Origin: an uncultured Melioribacter sp.
GTDB lineage: Bacteria > Bacteroidota > Ignavibacteria > Kapaibacteriales > Kapaibacteriaceae
NCBI GenBank assembly: GCA_964465685.1
Contig: CAYXKK010000008.1
Location: 4,121-68,120, forward strand
Direction: 5' to 3'
DNA length: 64,000 nucleotides
This document shows, piece after piece, positions 55,293 through 63,310 of the stretch (position 1 is the first letter of the stretch; each line of letters opens with the position of its first letter). The notes beneath the pieces were generated by a model, which saw only the letters and a program-made list of their open reading frames with translations, was not told the origin of the DNA and did not search any database. A program made the position numbers and the translations under genes.

Positions 55293-56132
55293 ATGGAAAC
55301 AGCATCAGACATCAAGGAAATGGTTCGTTCGAAGTACGGCGAGATCGCTGCACAGTCGAAAGAACAGAACGCTGCATCCTGCTGTGGCGCCGGCGAATGC
55401 TCTACAGTCGACTATACCATCTTCGCTGAAGACTACTCGAAGATGAAGGGCTACCTCGCTGATGCCGATCTAGCGCTTGGCTGCGGCGTACCAACAGAGT
55501 TCGCGCAAATTCATGAGGGCGACGTTGTTGTCGATCTTGGATCAGGTGCTGGCAACGATGCCTTCGTTGCTCGTGCGATCACGGGAGAATCAGGCAAGGT
55601 GATCGGCATTGATATGACGCCACAGATGATCGACAAAGCCCGCGAAAACGCCGATAAACTGGGCTTTAATAACGTTGAGTTCCGACTCGGCGATATCGAG
55701 AACATCCCGATCACTGCAAACCGCGCCGACGTCGTCATTAGCAACTGCGTGCTCAACCTTGTGCCGGATAAGCGTCGCGCCTTCGAAGAGATGTTTCGCA
55801 TCCTCAAGCCTGGCGGTCACTTCAGCGTAAGCGATGTGGTGTTGCGCGGAGAACTGCCAGACGGACTCCGCAACGACGCCGAGATGTATGCTGGTTGCGT
55901 CTCTGGTGCTATTCAGATTGAAACGTACCTACAACACCTGCATGACGTTGGTTTTGCGACGATCACCGTGCAGAAGCAGAAAGCAATTGAACTGCCTGAT
56001 GACATTCTCGCGAACTACCTCACCACAGAAGAGATCGCTACGATGCGCGCCGGACAGACAGGTATTCTGAGCATCACGGTCTATGGTGAAAAGCCTGCGG
56101 CAACGTGCGCTCCTGGAGCTGGTTGCTGCTAG
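55293..56132 (+). CDS. arsM: Arsenite S-adenosylmethionine methyltransferase (ArsM-like)
   Basis: Cys pair CCGAGEC, motif I VVDLGSGAGNDAF, SNCVLNLVPDK and YAGCVSGA (the three catalytic-Cys contexts), and a Cys-rich C-terminus CAPGAGCC. Confidence 0.8.
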   Translation: METASDIKEMVRSKYGEIAAQSKEQNAASCCGAGECSTVDYTIFAEDYSKMKGYLADADLALGCGVPTEFAQIHEGDVVVDLGSGAGNDAFVARAITGESGKVIGIDMTPQMIDKARENADKLGFNNVEFRLGDIENIPITANRADVVISNCVLNLVPDKRRAFEEMFRILKPGGHFSVSDVVLRGELPDGLRNDAEMYAGCVSGAIQIETYLQHLHDVGFATITVQKQKAIELPDDILANYLTTEEIATMRAGQTGILSITVYGEKPAATCAPGAGCC

Positions 56133-56133
56133 G

Positions 56134-56973
56134 TCAGAACCGCAGTCCGTACCAGACAACATTCGGCAATATCTGCACAGCTGGTGCTGGAAGGTGATAC
56201 AGATGCAACACGCGAGCAATATCACGCAACCATGTCGGGAGGTTGGGAATCCGATGAAGTTGCCAATCGAGCGAGAGTACAACAACATGCTCGCCCCCTC
56301 CACGACCATCAAGATTGCGCACCGAGTGACCGATGGCAACACCAAGCCATGGTGGTAGATATGCTTGTACAGAGCGCGGTGCAAGGTCGTGCACATTCAT
56401 CGCGAGCCAATGGGTTGTCGATGTGTAGTCGTCGATGATGGCGTTGTACGCCCCCTGACGAAATGCATTGGAAGGCCAGAAGGATATCTGAAGGTCGAAC
56501 GCCCGAAGTGCCGGTACATAGTGCTGTGCAACAGGCAGTGCAGCGCCGATGGTGTTGGCTCCGATGTCGCCCCACGAGAATCCATAGTCACGCGAGAATC
56601 CGTCACGCACTTCAATGTAGGTCTGATAGGTCATCGCAACGCCAAAGCCCCACCATGCAGCAGACCCCGAGTCGAGTCCGCACCAACGCATGAGATCACC
56701 ATACACCGTTGAAGCCATATAGGCGAACGTAGCATGTCCATACTTATCGGCGTTCAATGCGTACGTATAGTCTTGCGACGTGTTGATATGGAACGGAACA
56801 CGCTTGCCTTTCCACCAGAGATCATTCAGCATGCCGTGCCCAACGGCAAAGCCACCGACAGTTGCGCCCGCAACTATGCCGACGCGAAGAGGATCAATGC
56901 GTGTTGAGTCGTGCTGTGCAGATATGCTCGATACGCATGCAAGTAGGACAGCGATGATGACGAGTGACCGCAT
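56134..56973 (-). CDS. Hypothetical envelope protein, DUF2279/YfiM-like
   Basis: Signal peptide MRSLVIIAVLLACVSSISAQ, plus LNDLWWKG and NADKYGHATFAY, which resemble DUF2279. The assignment is tentative. Confidence 0.5.
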   Translation of the reverse strand: MRSLVIIAVLLACVSSISAQHDSTRIDPLRVGIVAGATVGGFAVGHGMLNDLWWKGKRVPFHINTSQDYTYALNADKYGHATFAYMASTVYGDLMRWCGLDSGSAAWWGFGVAMTYQTYIEVRDGFSRDYGFSWGDIGANTIGAALPVAQHYVPALRAFDLQISFWPSNAFRQGAYNAIIDDYTSTTHWLAMNVHDLAPRSVQAYLPPWLGVAIGHSVRNLDGRGGGEHVVVLSLDWQLHRIPNLPTWLRDIARVLHLYHLPAPAVQILPNVVWYGLRF

Positions 56974-58304
56974 TAGAGCTTCGCTACAATACCGAGTATC
57001 GCACCAATCCGAAGTAGCTGTCGATTGACACGCGTGCCGGGTGTGAGGTTAATGTAGGCAGCATACTCAGATGGGGGAGCACTGTCGACAAAACCTCCAC
57101 CAACGATTCCCCCTACGGTAATCTCGAGCGGGTCGATCGCGAAGTTCCAGCCTATCGTGCCGTGGTAGAGATCGAAATTCACAATGGCATTCGATCCCGT
57201 ATCCTCTGCGCGGAGGAATGATCCATCGCGAATCAGCGAAATGTAGAACGATGTACGCTCTGAGATCTTCGTCCTCATTCCCACAGCCACGTTGATGATT
57301 GCATATCGATTAATGACTTCGCCATAGGTAAACATCGTATCAGGAATGATCGATCGGAACGGCGCGGGGGAAAGGGGCTTGTAAGGATCCAGTGAAGAAA
57401 ACCACTCCGCTGTGAAGTAGATCGATGTTGTCTCGCTGCGCCAGGCTGCACCGAGAGCAATTGACATCGGTGTACGATATTCCGCTGATAGATTCTGCTG
57501 AATGTCACCATACAGAAGCGACATAGTATCTCCACGTTGCGCGTATTGCGAGGTGCGCGTCTCTCCGCGTGTGGTGAGGACATGCAACGCAGGAGTTGTG
57601 ATGGTGACTCCGATACTCACTGGATGGCCGTCATAGTAGTATCCGAGCTTAGCAAGCACACGAGCTGTACCGTATACTTCGTACTCAGCAAGGCTCGCAG
57701 TTTCAGCTCGACCACTTGTAAGTTTGGCAGATGTGAGAATCGAGGAATACTCCGAGCTTACGGTCGAAACATACGTCGTGATTCCAACCGCGTGAACACG
57801 ATCGAGTGTGCGCGACCATGTAAGTCCAAACCACGAGTCGTTGAGGTCACGAAGAATCGTACCCGATACGCTGTAACCCGTCATCGGACCTGTCTTGCTC
57901 GTCGCCGTGCCGTCAAGATCGAGTGAAACATCTGTTCGCTTCAGGTACGATAACACGAGAGATCGTGAACCAAACAATCGCACAGGAAGATTGATGGCAA
58001 CAAGCGTTGGAAGTGGCTCGGCATTGCCTGATCGAAGTCGGAAATCGTAATCAGTGGTTGTGATAGTAGAGCGTGTCCAATTCAACGAGATAGCTGATTG
58101 TACGGCACTTGTATCGGGGTATAGCGCCAGCGATCCTGGATTGTAAAACGTCGACGAAAGGTCAGTTGTTGAACCGACGACAGCACCACCGAGCAGCCAT
58201 GACTCCGCGCCGTATTGATTTGTCCAATAATGCGCGTCCTGCGCTACGAGTGACGTCGTGCAGACCATGAGCACAAGCAGATAGCGCGTGATGTATTGCA
58301 TCAT
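56973..58304 (-). CDS. Hypothetical outer-membrane beta-barrel protein
   Basis: The ATG at 58304 overlaps the upstream TGA (ATGA). Signal peptide MMQYITRYLLVLMVCTTSLVAQD, a beta-rich sequence, and the terminal ..ILGIVAKL. Confidence 0.5.
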   Translation of the reverse strand: MMQYITRYLLVLMVCTTSLVAQDAHYWTNQYGAESWLLGGAVVGSTTDLSSTFYNPGSLALYPDTSAVQSAISLNWTRSTITTTDYDFRLRSGNAEPLPTLVAINLPVRLFGSRSLVLSYLKRTDVSLDLDGTATSKTGPMTGYSVSGTILRDLNDSWFGLTWSRTLDRVHAVGITTYVSTVSSEYSSILTSAKLTSGRAETASLAEYEVYGTARVLAKLGYYYDGHPVSIGVTITTPALHVLTTRGETRTSQYAQRGDTMSLLYGDIQQNLSAEYRTPMSIALGAAWRSETTSIYFTAEWFSSLDPYKPLSPAPFRSIIPDTMFTYGEVINRYAIINVAVGMRTKISERTSFYISLIRDGSFLRAEDTGSNAIVNFDLYHGTIGWNFAIDPLEITVGGIVGGGFVDSAPPSEYAAYINLTPGTRVNRQLLRIGAILGIVAKL

Positions 58305-58888
58305 TCGTTCAGGATGGCGAAGTTCTCCCATCCACGAAGATCAAAGTGCCACCACTCGCTTGGTAAAACATCGAAGCCTGCTGCATTCATGATCTGCTCG
58401 AGCAGACGGCGGTTTGCGAGGACGTGCTCCGGAAGATCCGTGTACGTTGCTGCCGCACGGTCCGTGAACTCGTCGTAGCCGGTTCCCATGTCGAGCTCAA
58501 CACCGGTGCTGTCGCAGAGCGTCAGATCGAGTGCACAGCCACGGTTGTGCCGTGATCCCTTGTCTGGATCTGCGACGTATCGCTCGTCGGGTACAATGCT
58601 CCACATCAACCGCTGAATGCTGAGCGGACGATATGCATCGTAGACTTTGAGTTGGAGTCCGCGTGAACGCGCGTCGCGCTGAGCCACGAGCAATCGCTCT
58701 GCCATTGCACGGCGAGCATAAAGCGTATCCGATGTGTAGAGGATGCGCTTCGTGAAGTTATCAGACGTAGCGTACCGAACATCGGTCAGCAGATCAGGTA
58801 CAACGTCGTGAATGCGAACCAGCACGGTGTCGCGTGGTTCAGTCTCAAAGGTCATGGACATTACGGCTAGTACGAGAAACGAGAGCAT
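58301..58888 (-). CDS. ddpX: D-alanyl-D-alanine dipeptidase (VanX/DdpX, peptidase M15D)
   Basis: Motifs YDAYRP, zinc-site SRHNRGCALDL and EWWHFD. An N-terminal hydrophobic leader is present. Confidence 0.85.
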   Translation of the reverse strand: MLSFLVLAVMSMTFETEPRDTVLVRIHDVVPDLLTDVRYATSDNFTKRILYTSDTLYARRAMAERLLVAQRDARSRGLQLKVYDAYRPLSIQRLMWSIVPDERYVADPDKGSRHNRGCALDLTLCDSTGVELDMGTGYDEFTDRAAATYTDLPEHVLANRRLLEQIMNAAGFDVLPSEWWHFDLRGWENFAILNE

Positions 58889-58901
58889 GCTCGAAACTAC
58901 G

Positions 58902-60212
58902 TTACTGCTTTACAATCAGCGACCTCGAAGTTGTCGTTGCTGTTGATGACTCAACCGTATAGACGCCGCTTGGCAGGTTGCTGATGTCCACCGATGAGGA
59001 TACCTCGCTTCGTACTACACGTCCGTCAATGGTGCGAACAACAACAGAAGTGCCTCGGTGATGAAGCACATCCACGACGGGATTCGGCCATGTGAGTGGC
59101 ATATCTACATCATTCGCTTCGGTAACGGACGTAGCACATGGCAGTGCTGATATCAATTCCCACATCTGACGGTCGTACACAACCTGCATCGGCTCGCTTC
59201 CCGTCGGTGCATTGCCCATGCGAATGATCACCATGTTCTGACTCGGTATCACGTAGAGCTTTTGATCGTTCTTCCCGAGCCCCATGTACATATCGGAGGG
59301 GGCCTGTGGGATCAATGGACCCGGCAGGGATGCCTCAATGCCAGGGAGCATCATGCGATCCTTACCATTAAGCCAGAAGAGATACCCGTATGATGGATTG
59401 AGGTTCTGTGATGTTGATACCATGTCGGTGATATACGACTGATCGCGGATCACCGTATCGCCGTTCCACACGCCCTTCGCGAGCAGCAGCAGACCAAATC
59501 GTGCCATCGAACGAGGCACTGACCACAGCACGCCATTGATAAAGATGCCGCCCATACCAATCGGTCGCGCAAGATTCTGCGTGTAGTAGCTTGTGAAGCT
59601 CGACTTCGATGCAGCGGCAACGATGTCTTGAAGCTTAAGGTAGGCTGGGTTGTAGTAATCCCAGATCGTGCCAGGGGGCGCGCGATATGTGAAACAGTCT
59701 GGTGTGCGACAATCAGTATCATCAGGACCACGTCCTTCCACGCCTGTTGTCATCGTGAGATGATGCCACACAGTGATTGTATCTTCCTGCGCAGGCGTCA
59801 TCATGCTCCATCCATTGCCGAGATAGCGTGAACTTGGAGCTTCGATATCAAGGAGCTTCTGTTGCTGTGCAATGCCAACGAGTGCAGCCGTTACTGTCTT
59901 TCCTGCTGATGCCCAGTACCATAGGCTATCGCGCTGAAAGGAGCCGAAGTACCACTCTCGAACGATCTTACCGTCCTTGAGAACGATGAACGCTTTCGTG
60001 TAGGTCTTCTCGAGGAATCTGTACAGTGAATCCATCCGATCGCTACACCAGTTTAGCTCACTCGGCGACATAGTCTCCCACACGCCAGTGCTTTGCGCTG
60101 GCGGGAAATACAACTGCTGTGCTGGAGCTGATACACTCACGACGAGCGTGAGAAGAAGCGCAAGAATACCGCTATGGCTTTGCGTATTTCGGATTCGTGA
60201 GATAAGCTTCAT
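58902..60212 (-). CDS. Beta-lactamase/DD-peptidase-family serine hydrolase with a T9SS C-terminal domain
   Basis: The ATG at 60212 gives the signal peptide ..GILALLLTLVVSVSAPAQQ. Motifs are SxxK in WASAGKT and YxN in DYYNP. CTD: LTWPNPVVDVLH..VRTIDGRVV..GVYTVES..LIVKQ. The 5' end overlaps the upstream gene by 41 nt. Confidence 0.75.
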   Translation of the reverse strand: MKLISRIRNTQSHSGILALLLTLVVSVSAPAQQLYFPPAQSTGVWETMSPSELNWCSDRMDSLYRFLEKTYTKAFIVLKDGKIVREWYFGSFQRDSLWYWASAGKTVTAALVGIAQQQKLLDIEAPSSRYLGNGWSMMTPAQEDTITVWHHLTMTTGVEGRGPDDTDCRTPDCFTYRAPPGTIWDYYNPAYLKLQDIVAAASKSSFTSYYTQNLARPIGMGGIFINGVLWSVPRSMARFGLLLLAKGVWNGDTVIRDQSYITDMVSTSQNLNPSYGYLFWLNGKDRMMLPGIEASLPGPLIPQAPSDMYMGLGKNDQKLYVIPSQNMVIIRMGNAPTGSEPMQVVYDRQMWELISALPCATSVTEANDVDMPLTWPNPVVDVLHHRGTSVVVRTIDGRVVRSEVSSSVDISNLPSGVYTVESSTATTTSRSLIVKQ

Positions 60213-61254
60213 CGGTGAGCGTCCTGAGGAATGCAACAAGATCGGCAACGTCAGACTCACTAAGACCGAGACCAGGTTTAAGACTGAACTGCAAAAGAAT
60301 GTCGACTGTCGATGACTGCTTCACACCAGAGGAGTAGTGGCGCACCACGTCTTCGAGATTTGTAAAGCGTCCATCGTGCATGTAGGGGGCTGTCACTGCA
60401 ACATTGCGAAGGGTGGGTACCTTAAACTTTGCACGGTCATACGGGTTCATTGTGACGCGCTCACGACCGATGTCTCGGAACGATGCATCATCGTCGAGAC
60501 CGTTGTTCATGTACCGATCATTGGTGAAGTTCGGTCCGCCATGGCAATGAAAACACTCGCCAGATTTCACCTTACCAGTCGGATCGAACTCATTGAAGAA
60601 CAGATCCTGTCCGCGCCTCTCTTGTGCCGTGAATGTGGCTTCACCACGCTGCACCTTGTCCCACTTGCTGTTGCCAGAGACAATCGTAAGCATGAACTGC
60701 TCCATTGCAATGCCAATGCGTTCGGCAGTAACCGTATCTGAACCGAATGCACGGACAAACTGATCACGATAGGCGGATTTCGACGACAGTGTACGCACGA
60801 CATTCTCGAGTGTGTTATCCATTTCGAGTGTGTCCTCAATCGGGATCAGCGCTAGCTGACGCAGTGTCGATGCGCGACCATCCCAAAAGAAGCCGCGTCG
60901 GTGCCATCCGAGGTTTGCAATCGACATTGCCTGACGTGTTCCTTCAAGACCACGAATGCCGACGCTATAGGTGCGTCTGTCGGACAACCCATCGGCTTGA
61001 ACATGGCACGACGCACAACTCTGCGAGCCGTCGCGAGAAAGCGCAGGTTCGTAAAACAACATCCGTCCAAGCTCAACGCGTTGCTGCGTAAGTGGATAGT
61101 CGGTTGGAAGTGGCATCGTTTGAAATCCATACGGAAAGGTCGATGCATCCAACATGTATGGCGTTGGATCATACTCCGGCGTTGGCAGTGGTGCCGACGT
61201 ATCGGTACACGCCGTAAGCGCGCATGCGAGCGATAGTGCCAGGAGGAACTTCAT
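60172..61254 (-). CDS. Di-haem cytochrome c peroxidase family lipoprotein, MauG/MbnH-like (paralogue 2)
   Basis: Lipobox LACALTAC, two CxxCH motifs (CASCH, CFHCH), and the family block FKVPTLRNVAVTAPYMHDG..LEDVVRHY. Confidence 0.85.
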   Translation of the reverse strand: MKFLLALSLACALTACTDTSAPLPTPEYDPTPYMLDASTFPYGFQTMPLPTDYPLTQQRVELGRMLFYEPALSRDGSQSCASCHVQADGLSDRRTYSVGIRGLEGTRQAMSIANLGWHRRGFFWDGRASTLRQLALIPIEDTLEMDNTLENVVRTLSSKSAYRDQFVRAFGSDTVTAERIGIAMEQFMLTIVSGNSKWDKVQRGEATFTAQERRGQDLFFNEFDPTGKVKSGECFHCHGGPNFTNDRYMNNGLDDDASFRDIGRERVTMNPYDRAKFKVPTLRNVAVTAPYMHDGRFTNLEDVVRHYSSGVKQSSTVDILLQFSLKPGLGLSESDVADLVAFLRTLTDEAYLTNPKYAKP

Positions 61255-62249
61255 TCACGAAACCGCGGATCGTTCGAAAAACCTTCATCGGTGAGGCTGC
61301 GCAGAAAGGCCTCGAGGTCGTCACACTCGTCGTCGCGAAGTCCCAATGGAGCAATGCGTGCGTCGGTTGCGGGGTGACCCATCCCGCCGCGATTGTAGCG
61401 GTCGATCACCTCGCGTAGCGAAGATATCGAGCCGTTGTGCATATACGGTGCGGTAATCCCCACATTACGCAGTGATGGCACCTTAAACATGTAGCGGTCG
61501 GACTCCTTGTTTGTCAAGCGATACCGTCCTACATCGGTGTAGGTTTCCAGTGCGCCATTGTTTGTGATTTCGTGATTTGTGTACAAGAAGCCGCCATGAC
61601 AGGATGTGCATCCAGCGCGACTGCTCATAAACAGTGTTCGTCCACGTTCTTCCTGTGCGGTGAGGCGGTTCACGTCTGCACGTGAGCGTCCACTCACCAG
61701 TGTTCGCTCAAAGCTTGCAATGGCGCGTGTGATCACATATGCATCAATGTCACGTTGGTATGCGCTCCGACTCAACGTCTGCACCATCGAGTCCTTCTTG
61801 AGTCTCGCAACCACATCGAGCATGTTCATATCGAACTCATTGTGCTCCTGCACTGGAACCAATACTTGCATTTCGAGTGTGGGGACGCCCCCTTCACGCA
61901 TGAAATAGGGCTGATAGCCGACGTTGGCCAGTGACGGAGCATTGCGTGTTCCAATCCGCTCCTCAACACCGATACTCGTAGCACGTCCGTCGGTGAACGC
62001 CAGCGACGGGTTGTGGCATGAGGCACAAGACAGCGTACGTGTGCGGGATAGCTCCTTCGAGAAAAACAGGAACTTCCCGAGGCGCACACGCTCGGGCGTT
62101 GGTTGATTATCGGACGGGTACACTTGCTCCGTGAAGCCCGGAGGGACATCTACAAGTGCGATAGGAGGCTCTGTGCTGTGCTCTGTCGAACAACCTATTG
62201 CAACCAGCGCGAGCGCTATCAGACTACCGAAGAATAACAACCGGTGCAT
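61251..62249 (-). CDS. Di-haem cytochrome c peroxidase family lipoprotein, MauG/MbnH-like (paralogue 1)
   Basis: Lipobox LVAIGC, two CxxCH motifs (CASCH, CTSCH), and the block FKVPSLRNVGITAPYMHNG..LREVIDRY. Confidence 0.85.
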   Translation of the reverse strand: MHRLLFFGSLIALALVAIGCSTEHSTEPPIALVDVPPGFTEQVYPSDNQPTPERVRLGKFLFFSKELSRTRTLSCASCHNPSLAFTDGRATSIGVEERIGTRNAPSLANVGYQPYFMREGGVPTLEMQVLVPVQEHNEFDMNMLDVVARLKKDSMVQTLSRSAYQRDIDAYVITRAIASFERTLVSGRSRADVNRLTAQEERGRTLFMSSRAGCTSCHGGFLYTNHEITNNGALETYTDVGRYRLTNKESDRYMFKVPSLRNVGITAPYMHNGSISSLREVIDRYNRGGMGHPATDARIAPLGLRDDECDDLEAFLRSLTDEGFSNDPRFRE

Positions 62250-63186
62250 GGTGTGTTGTGCCCGAAGCGGTCGTAACCACCAATGTGTATGTTCCCGCAG
62301 CTACAGACGAAAGATCCCACGAGGTCCGATGATCGTTCGGAAGGTGGAGCGGTAGAGCTGTTCCACATGCATCAATCAACTGAGCATGTGTTAGCTGCAT
62401 GTTCTGTGCGGCAAGCGTAAGCTGACCAGATGTTGGCGTCGGCCAAACGAGTAATTCTTGCGATTCCGCGTACTCAGCGACCCCTGTGGTCGGCGAGGTG
62501 AAGACGCGAGTTGCCATGTTATCCGACATCACAACCGTCTCTTCGCCATAACCGTGGAAGATTAGTCCGAAGGACACATCGAGATTGCGAAACAGCGCGC
62601 TATAATCAGCTGCCAAGATGATATCGACTCCCGTAGCAGTCTCACGTGTGGCTACAGGTAACGTGACCTTGCGGTAGAGCTCGTTGCCTACTGTGTGCAC
62701 CTGAACATCTGTTGAAATCACGTCTCTCGTAGTTCCCGACGATCCCTCGACTGCGAGGAAGCGATATCCCGCCGCCCAACCCCAGTGCATTGTCGGGTTC
62801 TTCAATGCGAGTGGATGTTCAGGAGGGTAGAGTGTTGGATCGAGGTGATTGCGCTTTTTGTCGACACCGACGTGGAATTCCAGCGCTTCGATCCGTGTGA
62901 CATCAAGTGATCCGAGCACATATCGGTCTTGACCCAGCGCGTCGACGAGCACGTAGACATCGCTAAGGGGCGTGCGCTTCCCACCATCGTGGATCACGGT
63001 AAGCTCAGCCAGGTAGTACTTCAGGAATCGTGGCTTGAAAAACCAGCTGCCGTCATCCATGGAGTACGTTGCACCTGATCGGAGCGCCTGACCCTGCATG
63101 GAGTGGTTGATCAACAGGGAAATCTCGCCGGCTTGAGCAGTGAACAAGCCAAGGAGGAACGCTACTAGGATTGTGGTTGTTCGCAT
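62224..63186 (-). CDS. MbnP-like (WxW motif) protein fused to a T9SS C-terminal sorting domain
   Basis: Signal peptide MRTTTILVAFLLGLFTAQA; FLKYYLAELTVIHDGG and MHWGWAAGYRF (WxW). The gene sits directly upstream of the di-haem MbnH-like genes. CTD: LVWPTPTSGQLTL..GTYTLVVTT..VVILR. Confidence 0.55.
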   Translation of the reverse strand: MRTTTILVAFLLGLFTAQAGEISLLINHSMQGQALRSGATYSMDDGSWFFKPRFLKYYLAELTVIHDGGKRTPLSDVYVLVDALGQDRYVLGSLDVTRIEALEFHVGVDKKRNHLDPTLYPPEHPLALKNPTMHWGWAAGYRFLAVEGSSGTTRDVISTDVQVHTVGNELYRKVTLPVATRETATGVDIILAADYSALFRNLDVSFGLIFHGYGEETVVMSDNMATRVFTSPTTGVAEYAESQELLVWPTPTSGQLTLAAQNMQLTHAQLIDACGTALPLHLPNDHRTSWDLSSVAAGTYTLVVTTASGTTHHAPVVILR

Positions 63187-63242
63187 AGGGCTGTTCTGAC
63201 GGTGGGTGCGGGTGAAAAGTTACGGTATTTCACTTCACAAAT

Positions 63243-63269
63243 CACGTGTTGGAAAGCCCTTAAACACGT
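63243..63269. promoter_or_regulatory. Inverted repeat in the divergent promoter region between the MbnP-like operon and the desaturase gene
   Basis: CACGTGTT-N12-AACACGT matches at 7 of 8 positions and is centred about 70 nt from the minus-strand ATG (63186) and about 55 nt from the plus-strand ATG (63311). Confidence 0.3.
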
Positions 63270-63310
63270 AGTTTGCAACTCGAATTCCAGGTCAACAAAA
63301 GGGATAGTGC

